64,000 nt of DNA from Lingula anatina (GCA_051362555.1 CM120649.1:2852001-2916000), one strand, 5' to 3'. Numbered from the stretch's first letter, positions 13,671-28,185 are shown. Numbers and translations: made by a program. Notes: generated by a model not told the origin, from the sequence alone.

Positions 13671-16166
13671 ACCGATCTAACACATCCGGAGACCATCGGC
13701 GATTAAGCAGCACTCCTTTTAAGTGGGGTTGGCCATATTTAGTCGGCGGATCAAATAGTCCGAGGATCACCGGGTCCTATATATGAACTTCCCAGTAGTC
13801 GAAACCTTGAGAATTTTCAATGATTTTTGATAAGAAAAACAAGTATTGTTTTTTTTTTTTTTTTTTTGTAAAGTTGCTGAAATAAATCTCTGTGCAATGA
13901 CCATAACTACTGTACTAGTAGTATTTGACCAGTAGCGTTTCTCATTATTTCTGAAACTTATTAAAATTAATTTGCCATTTGTCCATATACCATTAAATTG
14001 CCCCTAATGCATTTTGACAATAATTTTTTTTGGACTTCAAAGGTTGTTAAACATCAGGATTTATCAGTTTTTCCAAGAATACAATTTGAATGACATTTAC
14101 TGCATAAGAGAACACGCACCAATATTTTTTTTATTCCCTTTTTTTCCCCGCACACCTTAATTATTAATCAATAACATATCAGCAAGACATCATGTGGTAG
14201 AAAATTGCAGTTCTCTTGCCAACATTACCAATGGGCTCCGTGGTATTTGACATTATGTTACCATCATTACCGCATCATTATTCTCAGGCAGCCATCTTTC
14301 CCCTTACTTTGTCATGTCGCCATCTTTCCCATTTTGTTAATGTCCCTGTCTGTTATTCTGTAAATTTGCCTTTTCTTTATAATGTTGCCTTCTTCACCTT
14401 TTCAGAGTCAATATTATAAAATGTCACCTTTTACGTAAATACTGGTCACTATTCTGTAATATTGTCATTTTAACAGTTCTTTGGAAATGACGCGCTCTTA
14501 AACATCATTTCAGGGTGCTACTTTTTCACCATTATTTTTATTTTGAGACCGTATTTCGGTCACCACTTTGTAACATTGCCATTTTTTCCATCATTTGGTA
14601 GTATTACAACTACTACGTTTATACAAGTATAATAACTTTACACTTATGACTTCAAATCTATCCATAATGGCTATACAAAGTATGGAGATCAGGAAATTAA
14701 ATATTTAATACTACACAGCTCTGACATGCAAAACCAGGAAGTGCTAAGTGGAATTCTTTTCCTAAACTAAGGACCCTCGTCAATGAAAGCAACAATTAAT
14801 ATATTTCCCTTTGATACCAACTCAACTACATGTCCTGTAACATGCACTTATTGCACTGGATACTGAATACACGTTGGTACTCACAAACCCTGCATCGTTA
14901 CTCATATGCATTACGCTTTCAGACCTAGCTAAGAATACATTCCCAGCATGCCCCTGTTCGAGCAATTAGCAGAAGTTTTACTTTCTCTGTTTAAACATAT
15001 TCAGTTGGCTATAAATATATGTAGTATTGTACAAACTTTACATAGCAAAAGTTTATTTCTCCTGGTCATTTCGGGTTCTTGTTATGTCATTATGAAGGTA
15101 TCACCATATTGCAAATTTTATACCAGGTAGAATCTTCCAAAGCATACTGATTTAACTCTAGATAATACATAATGCTCTATGAGAAAAAAGCCTTCACAAT
15201 TTTATCGAAAAGAGCAGAAAAATCTTTACAGGGAAGATAAGTTTCCATTGGAGGGCTTTCCCAGCGAACTGTCCAGCCGTCATTTGGACGACTGCCAGCA
15301 TCACCAGACAGCCTATATTTTCAAAGACGGCTGGACTGCTTATGGTTTTTTTGGAAATATGATGGTATTCTCGGACTCACTGAAATTTTGTAGGAAATTA
15401 CAGATGGTGATTTGTAATTTTGAACGACCTGTACCCCCAATCCTGGGAAAACCTCCGTTTCTAGTTAACTGAAAGTCAAGGTGCAGGCCTTTCTGGACCA
15501 GCTACAAGGTAACAATCCAACAAAATGCCTCTGGGAGAATCTCCAGCATAAAAAATTTTATACTCGTCTCTAGAAGCCACTGCACAACTGTATCAAGTGC
15601 CACGTTTAAGTGGGGAAAGTAGAGCCAATCATTAATTTGGCAGACGATACAGGTAAAGTTAAGAGGAACCAAGATTCTATCAAAGCAGACTGCTGTGGAA
15701 TCTATTGCCAAAGAAGCTCTCAATTATTTGCCTGTGTGCTTATCTTTTCTGAGAATTTGGCTAAACGCACTTTCTTTTTAATGAAAAACATCTCAAAAAC
15801 CTGAAATCATATTTGTGTCAACTCGCTGCAGACTGGCATCAAATCATTCCAATAATGTTTAGGAAAATTTTCAGAGAAAAGTCAACTGTTTTCAGAAGCC
15901 ACAAAAACACTTGTGGGCAGTTTTGTTAGATCTCTTGTTCATAAGTACAGTAATTTCACAAAATGGCTTGTATGACAGAGACGTGTTCACATGTAAATTG
16001 TTTCGAGGCTAAGTAAAAGCACCAATACGACAATTTTTCTGGTATTTCTTCTGAATTTATTACGTGGTAAGAAACCTACTCAACTAATTTTATAAAGTGA
16101 ATTCTTTGCAGATAAATTTAATTATTATCTGAACGCAGAACAGAAATTCCATTTTAAATACTATGA

Positions 16167-16778
16167 AGCTGCATTCAGAACAGCCGCCTAACTAGTCCTT
16201 GGGCCAAATATGGCAAATGACTAAAAAGCTTGCTTTCTAATCTGCTAATAGACATTGAATTCCCCGGGGAAGTATTCAAGTGGGTCAGCCATATTTAAAT
16301 AGTAAATATAGTAAATAAGTATATTAAAACATGGCAACCAAAAGGTTGAAGTTATACATAAAATGGAGTGAGAATAAAATTTACAAATTAAAATAATGAT
16401 ATACAGGTATAATATAGGATATGTGAATAGAACTTAATGAGGTAAAAAAAAGGATAAATTAAAATAAATGAATAAAATAAATTTTTGCACAGGCATCTGA
16501 AAGCTAGTGTAAAAGAGGATGGAGTAATTAAATACAATAAAGGCCAAAATGAGTTTCAAAAGTAAAACTTAGACCACTAATGGTTTAATAAAAAGAAAGG
16601 AATAAAAGTGTTTTTAAAACGTTCAATTCTACTTTTTGGTATGTTAAAATTTGACAGGCTATTTCTTAGTCTCCTGTGTGGATCCCAGGTTAAAAGGTAG
16701 TTCAGCTTGTCTGTGTCATTTTGTATTTTTGCAAAGAATGACCTGTGGACCAGTTAGTTTGCTGTTCTGAATGTGGCC
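16167..16778. mobile_element. Family B MITE split by a LINE 3' fragment
   Basis: The left part (16167-16295) and right end (16738-16778) match family B. The insert lies between them. Confidence 0.65.
16480..16737 (-). mobile_element. Degenerate 3' fragment of a CR1/L2-type LINE
   Basis: Minus-strand translation HRRLRNSLSNFNIPKSRIERFKNTFIP resembles the RT..FKNSFIP motif at the C-terminus of non-LTR ORF2. Boundaries are approximate. Confidence 0.55.
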
Positions 16779-17096
16779 TAAGAAACAACATGGTTGACAG
16801 TAGTCTAGATTGGTTTATTTTCAAACTTATTTACTTTTTGATCTAAACACAGCACAGGAATTCCACTTTAAACCCCATATGAAACAACCCCATTACAAAG
16901 CAGCTGCATCAGTTCTACTTGAACTCTCATACACACCTCTCCGACGCTGTTTAAACCAGGTGAGGGTTCTTGGAATGCCAGGAACCCCAAGTGGCTGAGG
17001 GCCCTTGAATCCTGAGAATATTGCAGGAACAGAGGTATTCAACAACCTTCTTGTTCATGTATGACATTTTTAATTTAGCCCTCTTAAACAGATGCT

Positions 17097-17139
<43 letters not shown>

Positions 17140-17324
17140 TGTGAGTGCATACACGTGTGTATGAATGAAAAACATGACAACACTATTCAACATGTTCAAT
17201 TTTCATCCACAGGACAACAGCTTAAGATAATTAATATTAAGATAATTAAGGCATCACATCATGGTGATCTGAATTCTTTGAATTGATGCCATCTTCCCGA
17301 TTTGTACGATAAACAGTAGGCTTA

Positions 17325-17583
17325 CGCCACATTCCCAACAGATACCATCAATCTACGTACATTGACCCAACTCTGCCAGAATTATCACTAAGTGCAATCA
17401 GCTTACTGAATGACACACCTCCTACTGGGGTTGAGTTGAATACAGAAAAGCCAGTAATTAAATACAAATAAGTTGGAAACAAGAGCAGGCTTATCATTCA
17501 CTTAAACCGATTGCACTCAGCAAGAGTCCCATGGAGTTGGGTCGATCCTATAAGGAGATCTATGGTGTCTATGGAAATGGAGC
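17325..17583 (+). mobile_element. MITE family A2 (cccattccca..caccatcaatctac TIR)
   Basis: Homologous to 26032-26302 and 26474-26717. Confidence 0.7.
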
Positions 17584-19448
17584 TAAGTTAGGTATTTTGA
17601 AAAGCGTTTATTGATTGATCTAGTATTTGCGAGGTTGAGGCCGGGGGGGGGGGGGGGGGGGGGGGGGGTCATAAAGGGTAAAACAGGTTTGCCTCAAATC
17701 ACTGGGAAATATGAAAAAATTCACATGGCCAATTTCGCTTTATAAAACATCAAGACAATGCAATTATCCTAAAAATGTAGGTAAAATCAGTTTTGAAAAA
17801 GGTCTTTTTTTTCTGCAAAAATTTGCCACCCGTGACCTTTAGCTGCTCTGGTTTCTCTTAAAAACTGAGTCAAACTTAGTGTATAAACTTTTAAACCAAA
17901 GGTTATGTCCACTTCAAATCAAGAAAAGTATGCAGTAGTCACTAACTTAAGTAGCTGGAGATCTAAAACATAAGCCATCTTTTTTTGTTATAAAACAGGT
18001 GCTACACTAGTACTTCATTTCAGTGCATTTGTACTGGATCGAAGTAGGCTTAAATTTTGGTCTAAAAACTTAGACTAACTTCCAGCATTTAGTTCATCTG
18101 CGAAACGGATCCCAACTTACCATGCAACAACAAAGGGAAAAGAAGCCTTACAATACCATATTAGTATTCTGATCTTATCCATCATGTGCTAGCAACAAGA
18201 GGTGAACAGAAAGAGAGGAAGTTCATCAAGTCAAAGCACGGTCTTCCCTTCAATCGGTCTTTGATAAAGAGGGTTATGTATGAAAAAAATACTGTGTTCA
18301 ACAAAAAGGTACAGATATCCATAGTGATTTTTTCTGCCATTTATTGTGTGTGTGTGTGTGTGTGTGTGGGGGGGGGGGAGATAGAAGAATCATTCATTTT
18401 GCTCTAAAACAAAATGTGATCCAGCTTTCTAGTCCATTTCTTGACTGTGGGGGAGGGGGGGGGGAGTCATCTTTGACAAAAATTATCCCCCCCTTGTTTT
18501 CATGAGTATTCAATGTGTACTGGTATAAATATAAATATTTCATTATCTATTTATTCCTGATATTTTGCATCATTATATATTAATGAAAACGTATATATAT
18601 TTGATGTCATATATTATATATATATACAATCTAAATAGAGAGGCACTGCTCTTTATAAATCACTAGAAAAGAATTTAAAGGAGAACTATCTTTTTTGACA
18701 TTGTAATCTCCAAAACTGTCTCTCAGCTTGTTAACCTGAACCCATCAAATGCAGAGACAGTGCTTGGCTGGCCTGCAAATAATATCACGAGTCAGCGAGC
18801 ATCAATCCCGGGGACCGGTTTATTTAACAATAAATCGATACCAGCCTATCTGTTCAGACAGATAGTTAAGTATGTTGCTAGATTCTTGTCAGTTTTATCA
18901 AATCAGAACCAGCTATTCCTAACAACCTGTCAATCAAATTTCTCTCCTTTTTTTTTTTCTTTACAACATGGCTGCCCTATGTTGCCTTCTCTTTTGTTCA
19001 GTCTGCTTCAAAAAAGAAGAAAAAAAAACATGCAACTATTGGCAGTGTTTAAATCCCAGATGTATAGGTCTATCTTTAACAATAAATCAATACTGGTTTA
19101 TCTATCAGGGGTGAGATGGTTAAACTGATCATCACACAATGTGTTCATAGAGCCAAACTAAAACAGTTGTGTACTGTGTAGTCACCAGCTCAGCTGCACT
19201 CCACCTTTGGGGATTCCTTCAAAAAAAACTAACAGAAATTTGAGTTTTTGTGTAAAAGCTTTTATTATTATTATTTTTTTTTTGTAAAAGCTTTTATACA
19301 AGGATCAGTTTTATGATCCACCAATACCACGGGGTGGAAGATGAGGATTTTATTACCATTAGGGCAATACAATACCAAGTTATCAATATTACAGGTCCAT
19401 CATAATCCTGAAAATGGGTTTCTAATATCCTCAAGCATTGTGAATTAA

Positions 19449-19452
<4 letters not shown>

Positions 19453-19498
<46 letters not shown>
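19453..19498. repeat. (GA)n microsatellite
   Basis: Seen directly in the sequence. Confidence 0.95.
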
Positions 19499-19500
<2 letters not shown>

Positions 19501-22500
19501 ACGTTGCAAACATCAATAACATCAAAATATCTTTTGAGGTTTTTCTTCTTTTTTTCTTTAACCTGTACGACTGTTGGTGAACTCTGACAACGCGAAGGCA
19601 TATAACTGGCAGTCGTATCCTCAGCGGCAATCCTCTTGGGATACAAGACCCATTACTATAACCAGAAACAAATCTACTAGCAAGTGCTTGGCAGAAACCT
19701 CTTGCTTCAAATTTACTAATCAATATTTGTGAATACTCTGCAAATCCACCCCAAGTTGCAAAATAAATGAAAGCATAAAAGTAATATAGCTTCTACTGTC
19801 CCAGATAGTCTTTTAAGTCTCCTAAGTCCTTTTTTTGATCAATAATCATAGAAATAGTAAAAAAATATCTCTAGCTGTCCCTGATTGTCACCGTAATGGC
19901 TTAAACTCATTTTTTACTACATCTCAAGTTCTTGAGTTAATGTTTTATGCAGGTTTGACCTTTTTGTCTATTTTCAAAGATGCCCACAGGTCAATTAACC
20001 CAGTAACCTTAAAAAGTTATTCAGGGGTCAGTCTCAAAAATGAACCAAAGGGTAAAAGTAAGTTTAAATCAATTTCTTATATGAAACCGACTCTATGAAA
20101 TAAAAACTGAACATGAAATGATTGGAGACAAAGTGTGACATGTCAATAGCACCCACATAAATAGGATATCAACACAATGAATAGGGAGAATCAGTGTGCA
20201 GAAAATCTGGATAAAACAAGCACCGGATACTTGCTGTCACGACAAGGAAAGGTGTGACCCGACTGCTTACGCAATGACAGGGATTAAAATAACTTTCTCC
20301 AAGCTGATCGTGTTCTGATCAATATCAACAAGAGAAGGCATCATGAAACTTTACAGGGGCTTTAGTCAGGAAATAATATATATAGAGAGAGAGCCTTGTT
20401 TGAAAGGTGTAAAGAATTGATTTTCATGACTGTGTATGTGTGTGTGTGTGTGTGTGTGGGGGGGGGGGGGGGAGGGGTGCAATTTCTTCCCAGTAAAGAG
20501 TTGCAATAAAGCACATGTAAACTTCAGGCACAACTAAGTCTCTCTTAATGCAGTCAAATGCCTCATTTTCAGTACAGCCACTAAAATAAGGTTGCTCAAT
20601 TGATTATTATTTTTGGCCTTGATGTCTTCAATAACCATCCATAACACCGAGCTGTTGCAATCATACATCATAAATGCTTTATCACCATGACATTTTTTTT
20701 AATTGTCACCATGTGTCACCATAATTGGAGAAGATTAAAATATATCTAATTACACTTCTTACCAATCAGTAATTACCAGATGTGCAACCAAGTGACAGGG
20801 TAACATGGATTGGATTTGCTAATTTGAAATCTGTTTCTTTTCTTTTGCTTTATATCTAATTATCTTTTGTTGTTGTTGTTTTTGTTTTATGTTACATTTT
20901 GTTCCAATTAAAAACTAATCCAGTCTCATCAAATAAAACCTTGGTTTATAATTTTAATGGCAGTGACATTGAAGATATCAGCTCAGATTAGAAGTGGAAT
21001 AAAATAAATCACCTATCTAGTGATGTCCTAGTCGGAATACGGTATTTACTCTCTAATTTCAAACAAAATTCATTACTAACAAATCTCAAAATTACATTCT
21101 GTACAAGAAATTGATAAGGTTTATTGAACACTTTGATTAACAAGATGAGCTCATGTAAAAATCCCACTATTATCAGATTTCAACTAGAACCCTTAATGAA
21201 ATAAGCAGTGTGATCAGAATTTTTGCATAATTACCGTTATGTTATCTCATATCGAAAGCATAATGAAAAACGACCCAGGATAATAAATCATAATATAATG
21301 AGAGTGAAACTCCTGCCATTCAGGATACTGGATTGTTCTGGAAATCGTGTAGTCCTTTGAAGTGGAGGAGAAGGAAAATTGATGATCATGGAACATATCT
21401 AGCCTGTGAAATTAGAAACCTTCCCAGGTTCTCAACAGGTCCTTTCTTGCAGACATTTTGTCTTAGCGAAAATATAAATAAATAAATAAAGAAAGAAAGA
21501 AAGAAAGAAAGAAATAAAATAAGTTGAATGGTTTAAAACTTAACTAATTAATCAGTTTTATTTTATGATAACTTTTAGCTTAATGTCAACCAAAAATTTG
21601 TAACCAAAATATTTAAAAATTGTCTAAAAACATCAGTTTTTACATTTCTTTGAACAAAAAAGTGAGAATGTGCAAAAATTTCAAATGGAAATCTACAGGT
21701 TGGATAAGAGGTACTCCATCAAAGGTTTATTATCAATGTAAAAAACGTTTTCCTGTCTTCTTGCCACTAGTTGTGGCAATAATTCCATTATAATTCTTTA
21801 TAATACCTTCAACTAAAGACTAAATTATCATAATTTTCCTTCTTACAATTCTGCATGGTAAAAATATGAGCAGACCATATAATACATGTCTAAGAACTTT
21901 GAGAATTGTGGAAAAAAAATGCCTAGGAGCCAATTAAGGCTACTCACAAGGGAAGAAGCACAGTGGATTCAACCGAGAAAGACTGATTACGGCTGAACTA
22001 TGTTTCTACCAACTGCTACAACAGCAGAACACAGCACAGCATCATTAACATCGAAAAAGAAAAGATATGAAATCCATTTTACTTGGATGAGCAGATTTAA
22101 ACCATTGAAAGAAAAAAGTGTTGAAAAAATAGTTATTTGGTTCAGTGAAAAAAACTGTTAGAACTACTGCAGCCTCCAAAGAACAACTTCAAACTTTCTC
22201 GATGTTCCTCTAACATATGCCATACTCATCTGGCAACAATTCTGGCGACAGTCCTAATTTGTTTCTGTTCAACTTGCACGACATGTATTCTACAGATCAC
22301 TATCAACATGCCAATAACAAGACCTATGACATTATATCCTGTTGCCATGACACCCGTTCAGGATGTCGACCTCATAGCCCCCACATGTTTTAACATAAGT
22401 GGCGAAAACATTATTTTTGCCATGGCTACCACATACAATTTTTGTGATGAGCATTACCAATGTTCTAGCATATGAGGCCTGTTGCTCAGCCAACAATTTG

Positions 22501-23056
22501 AGACATTCCAGATTCTCTTATTCTGGTCCCCCATTGCTCTCACTGCTGACTAAACGGGTGCCTGGATCTTATTGCTGGACGATCTCAACTAGGATATCTC
22601 AACTGGGCAACAAAATGGTTTAGCAAGGGGAGGTTGTGAGAGGGGGTGTGACCTTTACTCCCTAACCAGTGAAATATCTCAACTGGAAAAAATTGTTTAG
22701 GACATTGTGGCCTTTTACTGCTAATCAAGTAAAATATCACTACATGGAAACAAAATGGTTCAGCAAGGGGGGGGAGGGGGTTTCACTATTACTCCCCAAC
22801 CAATGAAATGTCTCAAATTGGAAACATAATGGTTCAGGGAACCTTTATTTTTACTGTGCACAATGAAATATCTCAACCATTTTATATCGATTCATTCATA
22901 TTTATTTAGTTACCTAAATATTTATTTATTATATTTATTTATTTGGCAAAAACACAAAATCAAAGTATAACATGACACACAATCGGGTTCACCCGTATGC
23001 ATACGCCCACATATTCACTTCCTCTATCATATTCAAAAAGAACACACACATAAATA

Positions 23057-23231
23057 GGCCCCATTCAGAATTGGGTACTAACTAGTCAAAGGGACAAATA
23101 TCCCTACCCACTACAAAGCTTATCGTCTAATCCGCTAATAGACACGGAATAGATATCCCGTGGGGAAGTATTCAAGTGGGTCGGCCATATTTGACCCTCG
23201 GACTAGTTAGTCCCCTGTTCTGAATGGCGCC
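23057..23231. mobile_element. MITE family B
   Basis: TIR ggccccattcagaa..actaactagtc / gactagttagtcccctgttctgaatggcgcc. Confidence 0.8.
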
Positions 23232-23748
23232 TTAGAGCAAACAGACTTCAATGCTAGTAGAGTAATGAGCTACTCTATCAACCATAATGGTTTAATGCAT
23301 TACAAGCACTAGTATCAACCCTCTCCTTTTCTATTATTCAGTACTTCCATTATTTCAAAGCCATTATCGCATTATTCAATATATACAGCATGATTTATTT
23401 CTGGGCTTTTGTACAATGGGCAGATTGGCATTTTCTCCCAGAAGAAAAAAAAACTATTTATTTCAATATACACAAATGTAAGTTGGTGCCAAGTGACATC
23501 GTTCAAAGCCCTTTGAAATTAATATTTGGAGATTACCAGCCACCTTTTCCAAAAATACGATTTGCTGTCCAGGAAATAAGTGTTGTTTTAATTCGTTCAA
23601 ACAGACTATCGGATATGTTCTTTTAAAACTCACTCCATCATTTTTTTTTTAAATACATAGTACCTACTACTTCACTTACATTATTACATTTTTAGTAGTT
23701 GCTGCGATTATAATAGGAGATTATACAAACAAACTTATTGAAGGTTAC

Positions 23749-23910
23749 GCAATAATATTTTTGATTTTAGCCAAGAACGTCTCATTACCACAATAATATT
23801 TTTGATTTTAGCCAAGAACTTCTAATTACCACAATAATATTTCTGATTTTAACCAAGAACTTCTCATTACCACAATAATATTTTTGATTTTAGCCAAAAA
23901 CGTCTCATTA
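23749..23910. repeat. 41-bp tandem repeat, about 4 copies
   Basis: Unit cacaataatatttttgattttagccaagaacgtctcattac. Confidence 0.9.
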
Positions 23911-26031
23911 CACACAATCATGGTAGCTCAACAAAACAACAACATCAATTCTACATAACACAGTTTACTTTACCTCTCCCATTCCCATCACACCCATTTA
24001 GATGCAAATCTAAAACACAAGAGAGATCAAAGAGATTTATTCAATAATTACCTGCTAGGTACCTAACCATCATGGTCAATCTCAGTGAATACAATGAATT
24101 TTATTTCGAGAACAGAGAAAACCTTCAAATAGTTCGTAAATATATATAGCCTATAGTGTTATTGCTATCCTACATGCGTCTATAACTTTATAGTAACAAT
24201 ATAAACTTATAAGCATATTGGCCAGGGTCATAATCCCCATTTCTACAGTGCATCGCTTGTAATAAATTCACCATACTCAGTATATGCCATATTACAACTT
24301 TGACCATATGGCAAATAGTGTACTATTAATGAGCTACTACAAACCTGTACGTATACTGGCAGTGAATCAACCTGCACGTGTTCGTGCATCAAGGCACCTG
24401 TGGCCAGGCATGCAGAGAACGTCCAACTTGCTAAGTATGAAATACGAGAAGGAAAGAGGAGGAGTCGACCCTGCATTTCAGAGCTCTCTGAAAACACGTC
24501 TCAACGGCATCAGGACGCGTTTCTTGTTTCCACAAACTAGAAAACTGTCTTCTCTCACACTGTTCTTCTACCATATCATCCAGTAACTTAAAACAATCTT
24601 ACACCTTTCACATGCTTCTGTTTTTGTTTTTGTTTTTGTTTATTTTATTTTTTTTTTTTTCAGCGACTAAAAAGATAAACAGTTGACAGTAACTGAAAAC
24701 GGTATTTTAAAAGTACAGAATTAGTGGAGGTTCCATCCTGGTAATTAATATACCACCAGCCGCTGTTCATGACCAAATTTAACTCATGTTATGAAAGCAA
24801 TCAGTCAGTGAAGATGACGGCTAGCGTGATGTCACAATGTGGGCTTGCCTTCTGTGCAGGAAGGCACTTAAATGACTTTCTTTTAATAGTGCTGCATATA
24901 AATTAGGCATATATATCATTTATTATGCATATGTATTTTGTAAGTAGGCGTATGTGTGTGACCACTTCAACTTTTTTTTTTCAATTTACATCAAAAAGCA
25001 AAAGAATTTTAAAATACTATGATTTTAAAATAAAACTTCTTTCAAAACAAATGTTTCAATTTTTTTGTAGCCAGAGGATAATACCTTCAGCACTTAGGGA
25101 AAAATCTAATATGCTGGCATTATACCAGATTGTCTACAAGCTTGCATGGCATCCAGTTAACAAGTACATCTCTTCGTAAGTGCAATCACGCCAGGTTTCC
25201 CCCGTTTCTAACCTTTGCCGACTCCAATTTTTCAATATCATACAGAGAGGCACTAAAACTCAACCGTTCTACCCTTTTGAAGTTCTCAACGTAATTATTC
25301 CGAGTTGAGATATTCATGAATCAAAGTGACCTCAAGTTGAGAAATATTTCTCATGATTCTCGGTTTTGGCTGCAAGAAAATATTTGCCCTATGGTATGTT
25401 CTGTCATATAATATAATATAACAGCTTTGTCAACACTTTCATCTAAGAATGATCCCTACATGAAAAGGCATATTTGTTTTTGGCTTCCTTCTTCAAAATT
25501 GTTCCTTGCAGAAAATTGCTGACGGCCATTCACATAGCATTTTCCAAAATGCATCTACAAAACATCAAAACTAATATCATCCATGTTTAAATTTACATTA
25601 GGAATGTAACATGTGCACGTACATGTGTGGAGACCCGTTCATATTCAGAGTGTAAGACTTTTTTTTCTTCTTTAAAACATCAGTTTCCCTTCATTCACAT
25701 TTATCTCTTTCCATCACACGAAAAAGGAATAAAAGAGAGCAAATATTTCATCTATAATCTGTTTTAACTAAAGAAAAGTGTCAAAAAACTTTCAAGTGGT
25801 AATAAAATATTACAGAGGATATAAAGCACACGCGCGCGCACGCACAAACACACACACACACAGCAAATTATGTCACTTCCCAATAAAGTAGTATTATCAA
25901 TAAAATAACTGGCACCCACGTGGACAATTTCCCTTCAGATGCAGATTTAATTAAAAACTATCAATTGATGACGCGGTGACATTTTCCATCAGAAACTGGA
26001 CCATGTACTATTAGAGGACCAAATAAGCCAA

Positions 26032-26302
26032 GGTCCCATTCCCACTGACACCATCAATCTACATGAATTGATCCGACTCTGTGGGGACTCTCAGTGAGTA
26101 CAATCAGCTTAACTAAATGACATACCTCTTCTTGGCGTTGAGCAGAAAACAGAAAAGCTGGTGATTATATGACTGCATTGGAAACAAGAGGAGGCGTGTT
26201 AATCTGTGTAAATAGTCAGTGAGATGATTGCACTCAGCAAGAGTCCCCGTGGAGTTGGATCGATTTTTGTAGAACAATTAATGGTGTCCATGGGAATGGG
26301 TC
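26032..26302 (+). mobile_element. MITE family A2
   Basis: TIR ggtcccattcccactgacaccat / atggtgtccatgggaatgggtc. Confidence 0.75.
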
Positions 26303-26473
26303 TTATACACACATTTAACAAAAAACAGACTCCCACAACATTCTCCATTTCTAAAGACATCAGCCCAAGTTTTAAGTGGCACTGGAAACTGGACCTCGGG
26401 ACACAAACAGGGTCTGCTTCACAAAAGGTCTTAAGTCAGTTTTGGGGCTAATATCTGAGACTTAGCCGACTGA

Positions 26474-26717
26474 GGCCCCATTCCCATAGCCACCAACAGT
26501 CTACTTGGATCGACCTAACTCTGTGGACCCTCTCTTTACACTGCAATAATCTTAACTAAATGACACTCTGCCTCCAGGCATTAAGTAGAAAACAGATATG
26601 GTAAAGCTAACTGCACTTAGTAAGAGTCCCTGCAATGTTTTTTTTTTCTTTTTTTTTCTTTTTTTTTTGGGGGGGGGGAGATCCGTGTAGATCAATGATG
26701 TCTATGGGAATGGGGCC
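26474..26717 (+). mobile_element. MITE family A2
   Basis: TIR ggccccattcccatag / ctatgggaatggggcc. Confidence 0.75.
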
Positions 26718-27345
26718 AAAGTTGTATTCTCTGAGACTCTGCCTATTCCTTTCTGATTTGTGTCTTTAAACCACTATGCCCCTTGAGCACATGGTTGCTG
26801 TAATGAAAGTTGTTTTTTTTTACTCTTAGTGGCAGAGGTAGTAAATGTAGGTATATCAAATACATCTACTACAGGCCTGTAATTATCTTCTATATTTACA
26901 TAATCAGCTATCTAATTTCAGGAGTCAAAGCTTAAATCATGAATTTTTTATTTTTTTTTATGAAATAGGTACCTGATGCTGAAAACATGCTTACAGATCA
27001 TATATGATCTATCTATCTGGAGGCACTATTTATTTTGCATGGGAGTGCACATGCAAATGTACATGTATGCACTCACACGCACACATGCACTCACACACAC
27101 ACACACAGTCAGAGAGTAAAATATAAAACCTTGACACCTCTTAATTGCCTAGTTCACATTATAAGCGACATTTGGTAAAGCATTAAAAACCAGCACAGTT
27201 ATCAATCAAGAAATATTCTTCTTGTCCACATGTCACACAAACAGTAAACTTGATTGATTGCACGAACCCAACAGTGCATATATGAATCTCACAGAATCAA
27301 TAACATCATCCAATTAATTCATTCATAATTCAATTAACTAAATAC

Positions 27346-27416
27346 CTTGTTCCCTGTTTCTTCTGCCCATCGTCCCCCTCTGTGTCTGCAGGTCCGTTTT
27401 GTCCTGAGCTAGCCAT
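27346..27416 (-). CDS. Candidate alternative first coding exon B of the same minus-strand gene (23 codons + 2 nt)
   Basis: Kozak-like gACGATGG; reads MASSGQNGPADTEGDDGQKKQGT; donor AAG|GTATTT, phase 2. It lies downstream of a CpG-rich promoter-like region at about 27.8-28.3 kb. Confidence 0.6.
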
Positions 27417-28104
27417 CGTCCAGCCGGAGGCAATGTATTCTAAGAATGGACTAGTGGCAAAAGTAAGTCACTTCACAGATGATGATATATTAACAACGAA
27501 TTGGTCCAATTTGTGTAGGTGGTGACCACGCAATTCTAAACCACAGACACGCCCGCTGTGTGTCTTGTTAAATATGTATTCTCCCTGTCACCGTGTGGGC
27601 GCCTGTGTTAAGTGTGTTTTCACGCACGAAAGCAAGGAGGTTAGACTTAATATTCCGTCTTTTTCTCCACTGAACAGTCGCAGTGCTGCACCGCCCCTGT
27701 TCTCTTCTATGTAATATAATATACTGCCTTTGAATCAATAACTGTGACTAGAATCGGTAGACAGCTATTACAGTGCAAATGACACCAATCTAATGCGTCA
27801 TTATATATTCATCTAACTCTTCATAGTGCGTCGACAACGACAGTAATTCGGTTAAATCCCCGGTCAACTTAACTCAATGAGGTGGCCATGTTGCTTTGGT
27901 CGCTTTCACCGCAGTGAGTGTCAAGCTCGAATCGCCTCGTCTTCCTTCTTTTTCTACCCTGTCAAAGGACCGTGAGCATTATATGCTCTTGAATGTATTG
28001 CATGAATGCAGAATCGTGACGTTGCTTACACAACAGAATCCTGAAACCTATATAACCGAGCAAGCTAAGAACACAATCGTTGCAGCGGCCTCTTCTGTTT
28101 TCCT

Positions 28105-28185
28105 CTAGTAGTCACGTGATCGAATTAATAGTTAATGACCTGGTGACGTCATTGCGGAATTCCCCCGACCGGGGGAACCCCTTAT
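28105..28185 (-). promoter_or_regulatory. Dense transcription-factor motif cluster upstream of exon B (E-box/CLEAR-like, CRE, two kappaB-like sites)
   Basis: GTCACGTGA 28111-28119; TGACGTCA 28144-28151; GGAATTCCCC 28156-28165 (GGGGAATTCC on minus); GGGGAACCCC 28172-28181. All lie within a CpG-enriched stretch. Confidence 0.55.

Noticed and set aside
24243-24586. Overlapping 84/100-aa ORFs
   Set aside because: No recognisable protein; the best minus-strand donor is phase 0, unlike the phase-2 set. Kept only as a weak candidate.
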